Source: Paramecium tetraurelia
Lineage: Eukaryota
DNA: 64,000 bases
Direction: 5' to 3'
NCBI GenBank assembly: GCA_000165425.1
Contig: CT868670.1
Span: 1-64,000 of the forward strand
Position numbers and translations under genes: made by a program. The notes under the pieces were generated by a model. It searched no databases. It was not told where the DNA came from and was given only the letters and a program-made list of their open reading frames with translations. The number at the start of each line of letters is the position of its first letter. The stretch's first letter is position 1. This document shows positions 40,904 to 54,552 of this stretch, piece by piece.

Positions 40904-42001
40904 ATGTTATCACATTAATTGTTGTCTTAATGGAGGAAGGGTCCAACAAATAGTGTGCCCTTAGAGCCTGGACGTATTAAATGATTAATTCGATAGATGG
41001 CAGAGGGATCTTCTGTATGGACATAATGAAGGATCATTTGGTTACTGGATCAGCTGATCATGGTTTGAGATGTTACAATTTGTCATCCATGAAATACGAG
41101 AAAGAATTGTATGCAAAGAGATATGGTCACTCAGAATGGGTTAGTTCAGTTTAGCATTTGTAAAATGGGTAAATAGTATCAGCTGGGATGGACAGCAAGA
41201 TCTGTTTATGGGATGCAAAGGGAGTAAGATGTAATGATTTGGTTGGACATCAAGGATCGATTACTAAATTGATGGTGGATGAATAGTCAGTGTGTATTTC
41301 AAGTTCATATGATTAAACATTGGTGATTTGGCAATTGAGTTCAATGTAAGAGAGTAGGAAATTGTTTGGACCACATAAAAGTGCAGTGTTGGATTTTGAT
41401 TGGAAAAACTCATTGTGTGTGAGTGGCGATAAATAGGGTACTGTTGTGTTTTGGGACATAAATGAAGGAGAGCCAGTGATGTCCAAACATGCTCATCAAG
41501 GGGCTGTTTCTAAATGTCTATTGTATTCTGATGGAGGAAATAATAATCTTGTTATTACGGCTGGTATTAATGATGGGACATTGGTTATTCATGATATGAG
41601 GACTAATAAATTGGTAAATTAGAGTTAGATTCATAAGGGATCAATCAATGGTCTGGCAGTGAATCTATAGAATTTTAGTAAGATTTTGAATTGATTCCTT
41701 AGTAATCACAGGTAGTGCTGATGCAACCTGTAAAATAACTGACATCGTGGCTGGTTTCAAGCCAGTATCTATGATGAAGGCCAAAGATGCAGTATTTTCT
41801 ATAGAGACTATATACAATATGACAATTGCAGGATGTGGAGATGGCAATATCTTGTTTTATGATAATGATTCAGGTCAATGTCTATATGGATTTGGAGCAA
41901 TGAATAAGGGTTGTGTGAGATAAATGAAAATAAATGACAATAAAACTAAGTTAGTTGCCATTGGTGATGATTTTTCTCCGATGGTTTTACAATATTCATG
42001 A
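40904..42001 (+). CDS. WD40 repeat protein (349 aa)
   Basis: GHSEWV...SAGMDSKICLWD, GHQGSITKL, SGDKQGTVVFWD; introns of 23 and 25 nt. Confidence 0.92.
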
Positions 42002-42185
42002 TTATATTCAATTTAATTTAAGCAAATCTACTGTTTTTCATTAGTATACTTGGTTATTTAGACTAGAAGTAAGAACTGAAATAGTTCCTAATTGGTTATT
42101 ATTATCTGCAATCACAACTTAGTTTGAAGGTGGTTTTGAATATTCAATGCAAAATGCGGAATTAGATAATTAATGATAAATATAT

Positions 42186-43763
42186 ATGATTTCAATTTAT
42201 TAATAAGTGCCTTTAAAAGTAGAGGCATTCACTCACAGCTAGATTTGTGTTCGGATTTCGTGCTGGATTGCATTTTTCTTATGTCTGTAGCTTTTTGGAA
42301 TTGGGGATAGGAAGAAGTTCATTTCTAAGCCATTTTATCATCAAGAATGCCAAGAAAGCGATTACGAGAATTCGACTAAGTTGAGTTGTTCTTCGATTGG
42401 GATGTTTCAGCCTGAGATGAAGGATGTTAAATTGGAAATCAACGTTTCAATCTCGAATGTAAGAACTACAAATATCCATTAGGAAGATTTATACAAATTG
42501 AATAAAAGCAAGCTTTCATCTGAATTCTAAATCAGTAGGATAGGTGTTCAATTAACCTTGTATAGCAATTAATCACTTGACAATTCCACGTATAGATTAT
42601 ATCCTAATAGTAAAGTGAAATGAAGAATTACTAGAAATACGAAACAACAATGATAGATGAATATATAGAGACGAAGTTGAATTGTTTGAAATGGTTCGAT
42701 CATTTCAATTGCATTGGAGACTTAAGGGAAATAAATACAAATTAGAACACTCTTTTCCTGTCCAATATATCCATCATTAAACCACCAGAGTACTCAACCT
42801 TGAAATTGTAATATTTGCAATCAACATTTGAGAGTACGCAATTCTATCGTATACTGCTCTCATGCTAAGTAACCACTATTCACATTCTTTAATTAGTTCC
42901 TTTTCACTGTGATCATCATTTATGCAATGTGTTATTTGTACATCAACATTGATGGCTACCAAAAAATATAATGGCCTGATATATTGAAATGGATACCCTT
43001 TTTGTTGGTTTTGATGGTATTTTATAACATGCCAGTCTAACTCTTTAGATATTCTCATTTGTATTTTGTGCAAGGCTATACAAATATGATCTAATTGTTT
43101 GTACACACTAGTTTGTTTTATTTCTGGTTGATCATTTTTGAGTTTTAGAAATTTCAAAATATGACAATGGAAGATATCATTAATAAGAGGAAGTTGCTGT
43201 AAGTTAAACATGCATTTTAGATTGTTATTGTTCTCTTGTACACTATGCCGTAAGCATTCATGAATCTGTATCTCTTCTATCAGAAATAGAACAACTCCTA
43301 ATTTGACATCAAGAAAGATATTCTATTTTACGAAATCTATGATAGATACATATTGTCAGTCTTAACCATATACTCACTATGTTTTTTTTACTTGCTTTAC
43401 AAACAATTTAATTACACTCAGCCGAATATGAATAACGAAACAGTCAAAATTTAGGAGATTCAATATGAGATTTTCCCTGAGCACGATTAATCCAAATTTG
43501 CCAAAGTGTAAATCAGGAAGTACAAACTCCTGCACATACTTTCCACACTATGCTTCATAGTCTTACTCTACAACTAATATATAAGAATACTGAGACCCAA
43601 ACAGGTTACAGTCCTAAGCACTGTCAATGAATGGAGTTTAATCAACATTTACATATGTATCATCATCCAGTTTTACATACCGTCCAAGAGGGAATCATAC
43701 AATCTGCCCAATGAAGTTGCTGACAATAAGATTCAATAGGCGGATTAAGAAGAAGCCATATGA
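42186..43763 (+). CDS. TMEM181 / Wntless-like multi-pass membrane protein
   Basis: WPDILKWIPFLLVLMVFYNMP, SLFYFWLIIF and NIYICIIIQFYIPS parallel TMEM181 motifs; 5' intron structure uncertain. Confidence 0.65.
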
Positions 43764-43838
43764 TGATAATTAACTTTAAAATGTTATAGTTAATAGATTC
43801 ATAACAATCAGTGTATATAATTATGTTTATTAAATAAT

Positions 43839-45931
43839 TCATCTAAACATTTAAAAAAACTATTCTTGATTCTTTTTATCATCTTCCTTCTCCTTTATGT
43901 GTTTCCAAATGATGATGCCGCCAAGCACAAATAGAATTATGATGGTTACTATGACAACCACCAATATAGCCTCAGTGGGTTCTATAAATATCGACAAGGT
44001 CCATCTAAGAATTAATGAGAACTAATTACTATTTCGTGTCATCTCTATAGGGCGATACGATCAATTAAGAGTTAGGAATTATGGGAGTCCACTGTCTAAT
44101 CTGTCCATTCAATAAGGGAACACCCAAGTAAAAGTTCTCGATGTAGTTGTTTGTTCTCCCCAAACCCATGTAAGAATAGGGCAATTGCAAAGGAGAATAG
44201 GCAGACTAATACAATTGCACTCCTGCAGCTGGTTTATAGGTTCCACTTATGTCAGTCACTCTGAATTGGTAAGTAGCCCCATAATACAGAGACCCTTGAC
44301 ATGAAATCTTGCTCTCCTCATCTGCGGCACATTGTCCATTAATGCCTAAGGCTTTCAAGAAGAAGGCATCCAAAGAGATATAGTTATAAAATGCTGCTAG
44401 GTTGTATCTTGGCTTTTGATCCTCGTCCATAGAGATACTATTAACTAAGAAATCCAGTCTTCCATTTTCTCCGAAATCGAAAAATGCTACGTTAATTCCC
44501 TCCATCTCCGTGATCAGATAGAAGTGATCTCCAGGATCATTATCCACAATCAATTACCTACACATCCTTGATTCTAGTTCGCAACCACTGCTAATGGGAA
44601 CATTCTTGAAATAGTATATATTGGGTTTGAAGGTGGTTTCGTTGTAAATGATCATGAATGCTCCTGGATAACCACTGGCTAAATAATCACCAAATCTTAT
44701 GAAAGGAGCCAGAGCCAATTGTAAGTCTAGTTTTTTGTAATCATAGAGTTTGACTGCCTGATCTCCATTGCTTAATGGAGTAACCAATTTCGTTGTTGTG
44801 CCCAGTAGACTGAATTCAGAATAGGGGTAAGCCATTTATTTATCTGAGTCCTTTGTATTCGCTTAACACAGGTTGGGAGGGTTGCTCGGATTTTCATATA
44901 GATTGTAGTTAATCACCAAGTTCTAGACGTCATTCCTTTCGAAAACATAGATCATGTCAATGGACCCATCGAAATTAATATCCACAAAATCCAGTGTCTT
45001 TAATTCCGCTCCACTCTGAAAAGAGTCTATTATTTGAAGACAGAATCTCGGTTGTTTGTTTAATAATTGATCTGTAGTTTCAGCAACAACATTGGGGACA
45101 TATTTGGTGTACCAATACTCTATGCCCAAATCAGATGTTATAATTAAGTCTGCCCTACAATCAGAACTGACATCCACAAAGGAACTGAAGTGCGGATTTA
45201 ATAGTTATGCACTCACAGTTTTTTCGAAATCTTTTATTGAACAACTCGAATCTACAAGGTCCAGGAAATCTATTGGCTATTGTAAACCATATTAGACAAC
45301 CAATCTTTGAGTCTCAGTAGTGATCATAATTGATGTTCTATTTAAGTTTAATTACATTTTACTTGTGATCGCCAAGGAAGTCTCCAACAAAGGGATAGGA
45401 TGACGATGAATACTTCTCTTGCGTTTTATCGAAGTTTGGATAGCCATTCTATACCCCATTCTGTCTCAAGATGTTAATCATAAATCCTTCTTCATATCCT
45501 AAAACCACCAGGATATCCAAGTAGCCGTCGTAATCATAATCCAATGGAATTGTCCCTTGGATTAGGATGTCTTTGACTGGGTAACAGCTTTAACAAATAT
45601 TTATTTATTCAAATTCATTTATTGTATTATCCCAATACAAGATTATTATTTTATTGTTCTTCTAATCAACAATTACCACATCTACTCTAAATTTATCAAG
45701 TAAACTTACGCTTTGTCTCCATTAAAATCTCCATAAGAGGAAATCAAACCTAAATCCATTTGATCTTCTGGCAATCCCACATTCACTTTGTAAATTTCTA
45801 TAAATAATAATTCTCGTCTCCTTACAGCTCTGCTTGTTTGTAAACTTGAATGCCTTCCCCTAGAAATCAGAAACACTCTCAGAACTTCCACTATAAAACA
45901 ATATTGAAAGCCAAAGTATATATTATTTCAT
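43839..45931 (-). CDS. ITFG1: ITFG1 / LINKIN (TIP) FG-GAP repeat type I membrane protein
   Basis: Signal peptide; GDFNGDK, DINFDGSIDM, FFDFGENGRLDFLV, DAFFLKALG, QSAYSPLQLPYSYMGLGRTNNYIE, IIPNSQLIV; single TM followed by EKEDDKK tail. Confidence 0.9.
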
Positions 45932-46128
45932 TAATTTATTATTCCTATTAAGAAGAACTTTTTTTTAAATTCCACAAAAAAGGATCATAATCAAATTCTC
46001 TAATTAATCAGATTTATTTGAAGATTTCGCAAATTCTTATCACCACTCCCAGATTGCCATCCTACCATTATATATTTATAACTATTTTATATTTGTCAAC
46101 GGATAATTATTAATACATTTATCTGTTA

Positions 46129-47140
46129 ATGGAATTGTCTGCCAATAAATCTCAAAACAAAGAAAATAACAACCCTGTCCTAGTGCCCACTCAATATGAA
46201 ATCATGTAAAAAGAAGGTATCTTTGCCAAAACCAAACCATCCCCCCATCATAGATTCTACTATAGAAAACAAAGGCAATCGGTCGTTTAACCTATTCAGA
46301 ATCCCATCATCGGCCATTCCAACAGTTCCTAATCCATCTACAAGGACATCGAGAAGATCGCCAAACAATTACAATCTCAGCATATTTAAACCATGACTCA
46401 ATTCAACTTCACCCAGCCTCTCAAAGAAAGACACCCAACCTAATATTCCAATCCCCCAAACCAATAAGTTACTGAGGTCTTGGAGATGTTTGATAAAGAA
46501 AACCTAATGAAAATTCAGTAAATCAAGCCATACACCCCAAGAAGACCCCTCGCTCAATACCTTAACTCTAAATTACCCGCGTTGAACTAGGACAACGCAA
46601 GCAATGATCAGGAGAACAGTGAAAAGGCAACTCCTCTTCTTAAAAATAAGTTATTATTCAGAAGAACTATTAATCCTTCTTTGGATAAAATTAAAAGAAA
46701 CACCTAACCAGAAGTTGAAGTTAGACATAAGAGAGTAATCTCTTAGATCTTAAGTCACCCTGTAAATTAAAATTAGCCAAAGAATCTCAATGCCAAGCTA
46801 AACAAGGTTCTGAAGAACAAGAATAAAATTATGTCTATTTGCAACAAAATACCAAACATACAGGAATTAATAGGCGAAGAACAACTATCGGATCTAATTA
46901 ATTCTGATCAATTTAAAATTGAATTTCAACATTTTATTAATAATTCACAAGGTTCTCCTTAAGATATGGAACAAATATTATAGAATTTTATGATTGACCA
47001 AATAAGAAAGACAAAAGAGTTACAAGAGGCCGAAACCAATTTAAAAGGTAATTATTATTTCCTATAATTTCATAGAAAAAAGGTAGATTTTCTAGAGATC
47101 TCTGACCAATTATATATAGGAACTTAAGGAAAAATTATGA
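46129..47140 (+). CDS. Hypothetical protein (low-complexity N-terminus, coiled-coil C-terminus)
   Basis: Continuous ciliate-code frame MELSANKSQ...QELKEKL* with one intron near 47048. Confidence 0.8.
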
Positions 47141-47449
47141 TTCTACTATTTATTACCCATTAATATAACTCATATAAATTTCGATTTATTTTTACAATTC
47201 CAATTTACTATCATGAAAATAAACTAAACTTCAAATATTGACGTTAATCTTTATATTGTCAATTAGATTTTTATATGGTTGGCCTAATTCTCAATAATTT
47301 AGTTATAGAGCCTATTACCCACTTCTTATGTTTCGAACACTTTGACGTGCTCTCCACATCCTATTGATATCAACATTTTAGTTTATAACATAAACTGTAA
47401 CGAACAAATAAAATATTAAGTGTGATTACAAAAATATAGTCTATATATA

Positions 47450-49685
47450 TCATAAATTAATAATTAGATATTATTTTTTGGCTTGTGACTTTTTAAATAA
47501 GTCTGTGTCATTAAATGAATATTTAGGGAGCAAAGGCTTGTTGGAGTATTGTTTATTATTGACATAATCTTTGAACTCCTGATATATCTTCAAGTCTCTT
47601 TGTTCTTTGAGATTTTATAATTTAATCTCCTTATAATTTTATTACTTTATTCGATTCTGCCATAAGAACTAGTGCTTTAAACTATGCGAAGGCATTACAA
47701 CTAATGGTTATATGGTATACTCGGATTGTTTAGGTTTTTGTTGAGGAATGAACAAGTTTTAATGATCAGAATTATCATTTTTCACATTGCAATTATTAAA
47801 AGAATTGTCGATAAAATTGTAAGAAAACTATTAGTATTTCATTTAATTTTGGATGGATTATGATTTGGCTCTATTTCTGGATTGAGATGACTTGAGTTGT
47901 CTTTATTTAATTGAACTGGATCGAGTATACTACTTTTCCAGATTTGTACTTTTTTCTTTAAGGGGTTCTGATGATATCTACTTAATTTCTTCATAGCTGA
48001 TTTCATCTTCTGATATCGAAGAATCTGAGAAGCTCACATCGGAGTTCTATTCATCTATCAGAATGCTCTCAGCCCACATTTGTGCCTCAATGTTTTTAGA
48101 GAGATTGACAATTATTTGTCTTCCCATCTATCTTAGATCATTTAGTGTAAAATCCACAATTAAATTTTGGTCCTTGTAGCCAAAATATGAAATCTCAAGC
48201 GTGTAGATATTCTGTTTCATATTCAATAGTTTTTATAAAAAGACTCTGGCTGTGTGATTCAAGTATTTAGTGTTTTTCATGAACCTACTGTTTTCTAGAC
48301 TGAATCTTTTATCTGAATTGCAAAGTTCAGTAATGAATTCATTGCAACTGTGACCATAAAAGAAGGCTGCCAGTCTAATTTATTAGATTTGTAATACTTT
48401 TTGCTGTGACCATGAATGTCTAAGATCAATTAGATGGGATAGTTCTCATTAAAATTAGTTATTAATTTTTCAACAGTATTTAATGTTTCATCTCTATTGC
48501 ATCCCCATTTTCTGTTGAGATCAAATCCTCCTAAACCACACCGCTGATTTCCGTGGATTACTCCCGTCAACATTCAGCATGGGGATGATTTTGATAACAA
48601 ACCTGTTTCTCAATTCATGAGCCTCAGCTGACAATAGAGCATTGACTATGCCTTCAATAACAAAGGAGCTGGGTGTTTCTCCTGGATGCTGTCTCCCAAT
48701 GAAGAGTAAGCCTTGCTTCTCATCCCTGTTGTCGTTGGTTATGGTGATGATTTGAACCTCATTGCCTGCTTGGCTGGTGACAATGCTTTTGACTTTCATA
48801 ATCCTGTCGTAGACCAGATATTTGGTAGATAGGAATGTTTGGAGATTGGAGTAGGTGTAGGGATAATTGGAGGCAAAGTACACAGTTCCCTACTCCATGA
48901 AGGTGTAATTGAAGGAGAGAGAGTAGTAGAAGGAGGAGTCGTTTCTTTGGATGTGGTTTTTTTTAAAGGATAGGCCCAGAGAGTCTTTTCTCCAGGAGTT
49001 GCATTCGTTGATGAGGATTTTCATGCCTTGGCGATAGAAGCACATGTCTTTGTTGATGTTGACGATGCTGAGTCTGATGTTGTGGAGGAGGGGATTCTTG
49101 TTTGAGATGGAGAAGTAGAACCATTGTGTGTAGCCTTTAGTATTGATGTCGTTTTGAAGGAGTAGGATGTAATCGCGATCGCTTTTCTAATTAAGATGTG
49201 ATAGAGGTACTTTGAAGACTTGGAATAAGTTGCCGCTTTCGAAGAGAGAGTCAAATTTGATGTCTTCGTCGCTCTGGTAGTAGTGGGAGGCATCGAGGTT
49301 GTGGTTGGGTGAGTGAAGAAGAGTTGCATAGAGGTTTGGGTTCTGTTGAGGTTGATATTTTTGGTAGATGAGTTTGAGGGGTTTGAGGAATGCTTGGAGA
49401 GTGGTCGGTTTTTGGTTGAGGAGTTCTTGTTCTTAACATTGAATGGGTGTTTTGTAGGTTGCTTCTTGTTCGTTTGGTTCCAGATGGCTAATATTTTTGA
49501 GTGGAAAATATCTACTTTTTTTTCAATGGTAATACTGAGTTTACTTTGTTGAATTGCAGTTATTAAATGAGGAGGGGATTGGGTTTTGGGAGCTTGTCTT
49601 TGATGGAGGAATAGAAAATCAAATTTTCTTTGTCTTCTTTTTTTGAAAGGTTCTTCACGTCGACTGTTTGACTTATGTTCTTCAT
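47450..49685 (-). CDS. Cytosolic carboxypeptidase (CCP/AGBL/Nna1, M14D; tubulin deglutamylase family), one apparent +1 frameshift
   Basis: FDSLFESGNL, NDINTKGYTQWFYF, YFASNYPYTY, GRQHPGETPSS, IPMLNVDG / VIHGNQRCGLGGFDLNRKW, LDIHGHS; extra base at 48563-48565. Confidence 0.92.
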
Positions 49686-49741
49686 TTTATTAACGAATAG
49701 ATTTAATATAATATTAATGTGAAAAATTGACAGAAAATAAT

Positions 49742-50040
49742 TCAGATTAATGGATGTTCGGATACAATGGATAATCGCTTTTGTCTCAGAGGTGACTTGG
49801 TCAGTAGGAGTGACTATGTTTTGATGATCATGGGTGGTGTCATATCTGAGCCATCGGTGTCGGAGTCAAGGGAACGATAGGCACAATATCAGTTGTTTTT
49901 TGGCTTGTTCAAATTTAAACTATTTTGATTAAGGGTCAGTCAAGAATGTTAAGTTCAATTCCTACAAATAAGTGACGATATCTTTTTTCTTGGGGAGTAA
50001 CTTCATTGAGAGAGCTCTCAAATTCAATTGTATCATTCAT
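49742..50040 (-). pseudogene. Small disrupted gene (hypothetical)
   Basis: MNDTIEFESSLNEVTPQEK... and ...SLDSDTDGSDMTPPMII...IVSEHPLI* lie in different frames with no canonical short intron to join them. Confidence 0.3.
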
Positions 50041-50249
50041 TTTAATAAATAATTTATTTATTTATTGTCAATTCCTCAATTTACAAGAAGTTAAATAAAA
50101 CAATTGAACCTCGTCATTCATTTGAAATGAGGGAATGCTTGGATGATCGTGTAGATTGAACATCTCTCAAACGGCAATTGAAAAATGATGGTGAAATTAG
50201 ATATATATATAAATGTTAATAAATTTTATTGTAATATTAATTTGATTTG

Positions 50250-52835
50250 ATGTTCAGATAGGGACCATAAAAATATTAGCAGTTTCAAGATGAACAGAGA
50301 GTGGTATCGAACAAGCAAGAATTCCCTCAAGAAGTGTAGGCTGGCGTTCTTGGAGGCAAGGAGGGCAGTTTGGATTTTCCTTCTGACTAGATTCCTCCTG
50401 ATTTTAATTTGGCTGAACTGCACAGAGTATTCTAATAGAGTGATCATTTAGGAAGCGTGGAATGTGGGAACAACGACGTTATCAAAGAGTTAATTGAGAA
50501 GTCTGAGATTGCATTAGAATGCTCCAAATGTTTCAGAAGAAGAAAAATTGGTGGGACAGATATGCAAATGCTGTGCTCGTTAAGTGCCAAAAGACAGAGT
50601 GAAAATAGATTGCAATAACTAGGATTACTCGTTTCTGGGAGCAGGTATTGATATGATTCATTTAGGTATGCCTCTGTATTTCGAATACATAAAGGCATGT
50701 ATTTTAATGTTGATTGTGATGTTTGTAACCTCAGGAGATTACAACATTATCACCAACATTGCCTTCGGTTAATCATGTTAAACTTTGGATAAGAGCATTG
50801 GAATTGAGATCGACGAGAAAGCAGTTTGCATATTCAATTGGGTGACAGGGTTGTCCTTGGCTAACAAAAGGGAAGACTAAGAATTTATCGACTTGCAATA
50901 AATGCTCAATTTGATATCCATGTTGACACTCATCATCTTGTTTCAATATTTCAGGAAAGAACAAAGAGCCTTCGACACTGAAATTGATTCCAGCACTTAC
51001 TATGCATCCGATTATACAATTCTGTTGAAGAACATTCCCACTCACACTGAGGGGTTGAAAAACGATGACTTCGATCAAGATCTTAAGGACTACCTCGAAG
51101 TCTACATTGAAAGAACCTATGAAAAGCCAAGTGAAGTACTGGATTATGAGGAAGAACTCCGATAATTTTTATAAAGAAATAATAGACCAGAAAAGAAACT
51201 ATCAAGAGTGGTGGCAGTTAACTTGTGTTACAACATCGAAGAACAAACAATATTAGAGTAGGAAAAGCAAAGCAAGATCGCTCAAAAGTAAAAGGTATGG
51301 ATAATCTTCAGTATTTTAGTTGTTACCTGAATTGTATGATCAAGGTCTGTTGCCAGGCAGTGAGGACATAAACAAGGATGAATAGATTAAAGAAATAGAT
51401 GCTCAAATAACTGAGATTGAGTCAAAGTTGGAAGCCTTGGAGAAACGATTTGTTGAAGGAAAAGATGTTAAATAATATTTCTTGGGATAAGCATTTGTTA
51501 CCTTCAGATGGGAGAGTGATGTCTAATGGATGTTGATTGATCATAGATTGTCCTTATGTTCCAGAATTCTAGGCAGAAAGAGCAACTTAATCTACAGAGG
51601 TTCATAATTGCAAGTGGAATAACCTCCAGAACCAACAGATGTCTTTTGGGAAAATTTGCATATCCAAACATATTAGAAGATATGGAGAAGAATCCTAGGA
51701 TATTTCCTTACCTTCATCATCCTGGGAGTCTGTGGTGGATTGATCTATTGGTTATCTGCTGTTCAAGCTCAGAGTGCTGATGAGTAGGCAAAAGCAGTGA
51801 AGAATGGAGATTTAAATCCTAATTATAAAGTTAAAGTGATAGCATAATTGGCATCCATTTCAATCATTGTTATTAATTACATCCTCAGTGTTGTGATAAG
51901 GAAGGTCTCCCTTTTTGAAAGATTCTCAACTCAAACAGGATTCAACATCAGTCTAGCTAGTAAATCTAGTCTTGCCTAATTTGTTAACACTGCAGTTATC
52001 ACATTTGCCATCAGCACTTGGGTCACTAAAAATATATATGGCACAGGAGGATTGGTTTACAATTAGACTTATGTGTTCTTATCTAATGCGATCTTACCAG
52101 CTTTAATTCAACTGATTGATTCATCCAGCATTTTGAAGTGGCTCTACTAATTTTTTGAATTACGAAAGGGCAAGTCTTCAGTCAAAACATAAAAGCAACT
52201 CCATGAGTAAACATTATACTACAATTCTTAGTTTATTCGAGAGACCAGTCTTTGATATATCTACATCCTATGCAACAGTCTTGAAGAACATGTACGTTGT
52301 CGCATTCTATGCCTCTGTCATTCCTATTGGTTTAGTAATCACATGTTTTGCTTTACTCTTTTTTTATTGGGTTGAAAAATACAATATTGCCAGAAGAAGA
52401 ACAATTAAGTACAATTATTCTTCAGTTCTCTCAAGGGAAATGATCGAATAATTAGAATATGTCCTGCCAATTTATTGCGTATGAATCCCTCATTCTATAT
52501 CTAGTTAACAAATCTGTGGTGGGAATATACCTTCTTGTAATCAATCTCAACAGAGGCTATCATCGGTGTGTGCTTTGGAATTGCCAATGCCCTTCTGCCA
52601 ATGCATGAAATCAATAAGTTATTGTTCCGCATGAAGGCTAAACCCAATGAGCATCTACCCATCAATGAGGCTGAAGTCGGGTTCTTGACTGTACTCCCTA
52701 TATCATTATATTTCAATATAGGATTATTGTAGAGAGAATCCTGCCACTGCTGAAACTGAGAGGGCCAGATATTAGGAAAGAGTAACTAGACATCAGAAGG
52801 ATAGAATTGCTATGGAGTAAATGTTTGAATAATGA
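50250..52835 (+). CDS. OSCA/TMEM63 (CSC1)-like multi-pass ion channel
   Basis: ASDYTILLKNIP, GIAFVTF, PPEPTDVFWENL, FYASVIPIG...FYWVEKY; about 10 hydrophobic segments; several short introns. Confidence 0.8.
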
Positions 52836-52990
52836 TAATGATAATGATAAAATATATAAATTAAATTCATTATTGAATTCGTAATTGAAGTTGATACCTG
52901 TTTCGATTGCTATTGAAATGCCTTTAATTAACCACAAATAATTTTAATAGAAGAACAATTTTATAAATTCTGATTTAATAAATGACTCAA

Positions 52991-53701
52991 TCATTCTTTC
53001 TTTGCGTGTTCTTCAGTCCAATATTGTTAGAGCTTTTGGCTTCCGTGATCAGGAACCATAGTTGGTTTTCCTGGTTTCCATGAGGCTGGGCATACCTCAC
53101 CGTGTTCGTCAGTGAATTAAAAGGCTTATACCAATCTAGAAATTGAATCTACGTCATTCATTACCTCAATGTTTCATCGACATTTCTTCCGACTGGCAAA
53201 TCATTGACTGAATAATGTCTGAGAACACCATTCTTGTCAACTATGAATGTACCTCTGAAGGCCACTCCGAAATCTCCATCTTAAGGATCATCGATCAGAA
53301 CTCCATAATCAGCAGAAATAGTCTAGAATATTCTTTACTAAATTGGCTACCTTTGCGATGTCAGCAATCAAAGGAATTTGCATATCGCCCAATCCTCCTT
53401 GATTTCTTGGGGTTTGGCAATACTTCATGTGAGAGAAACGTGAATCGACTGAAACAGCAGCAACCTCGCATCCAATCTTTCTGAATTCCTATGTGTTAAG
53501 AATGAAATAGGTACTTCAGCTCTGTCAGAAAAAGCGATGATCTCAGTTGGGCAAACAAAAGTGGAGTCCAATGGATAAAAGAATAAGACCAAGTATTTGC
53601 CTTTGAAATCGAGAAAGTGACACCTTCTTGAATGATCCATTCAAGTAAGCTTGGGCTGTGAAATCTGGAGCGGGTTTTCTAATTTTCAGCTTTTAACTCA
53701 T
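52991..53701 (-). CDS. Typical 2-Cys peroxiredoxin (one apparent +1 frameshift)
   Basis: [55 protein letters not shown]; 3 introns; extra base at ~53610-53616. Confidence 0.92.
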
Positions 53702-53784
53702 ATCTTATTTATATGTTTGCACAAAAATATTATCTCCCTATATACAGGGTGACGACAATTTAATTTAATTACGATTGAGTTAAT

Positions 53785-54440
53785 ATGTAAAAGAATAATC
53801 CAATAAAATTAGAAAACCTCTCCAAATTTTAGTGGAGAAGCCTATCACAAGGTAGTAATCAAAAAGTTAATTGAATTCATATGTGCTAGGTTTTTCTGAA
53901 AGATTTTAAGGCAAATATAAATTGTTGTTTTTTATCCATTTGATTTCACCTTTGTCTGTCCAACAGAGATCATTGGCATAGTCGAGGCATTTATATAGAT
54001 CTTAATATGCCTTATAGGAATTCAGAAAGATTGAATGAGAAGTAGTGGGAATATCAACAGATTCGAAATTCTGTCACATGAAGAATTGTGAGACACCAAG
54101 ATAGAAGGGAGGAGTGAGAAAGCTAAATATTATGTTGATTTCTGATATTGGAAAAGTCAGAATAGTGTCTGGTAATTTTTGAATATATCAACCAGTTATG
54201 GATGTTTGATAAACTAAGAGAATGATGAACAATATGGAGCATCATTGAGAGGAATCTATAAACAATAAGGATCATCATTCTGAGGAACCTACCTTATTGA
54301 TGGCATAGGAGTTTGAGACTCTATTCAATTAATGATACTCTAGTGTGTAGAAATATTGATGAATATTTAAGGTACAATTTAATAATAAGAATATTAAACA
54401 AGATTGATAGATGTATTTGTTTACACTCACAGTATAAAAG
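53785..54440 (+). pseudogene. Decayed peroxiredoxin copy, inverted relative to its neighbour
   Basis: [50 protein letters not shown]; several frameshifts, an in-frame TGA, and no resolving VCP motif. Confidence 0.85.
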
Positions 54441-54552
54441 TGAGCAAGCAGAGAATTACTAGATCGAATACTTCGGGTTGTTTTACAATGATTTTATATG
54501 CAGAATGTATTCATAAATAACAATCTAAATAAGAATGAATAAGATCATAAAA

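Noticed and set aside
42876..43211. 111-aa minus-strand ORF, and similar ones at 50226-51078 (-), 55068-55325 (+), 57767-58084 (-), 62131-62382 (+)
   Set aside because: Antisense shadows of real genes, produced by using the standard genetic code
54030..54045. In-frame TGA aligned with a Cys in the second Prx copy, as possible selenocysteine
   Set aside because: It is not the catalytic Cys, and the copy has several independent frameshifts, so a nonsense mutation is simpler
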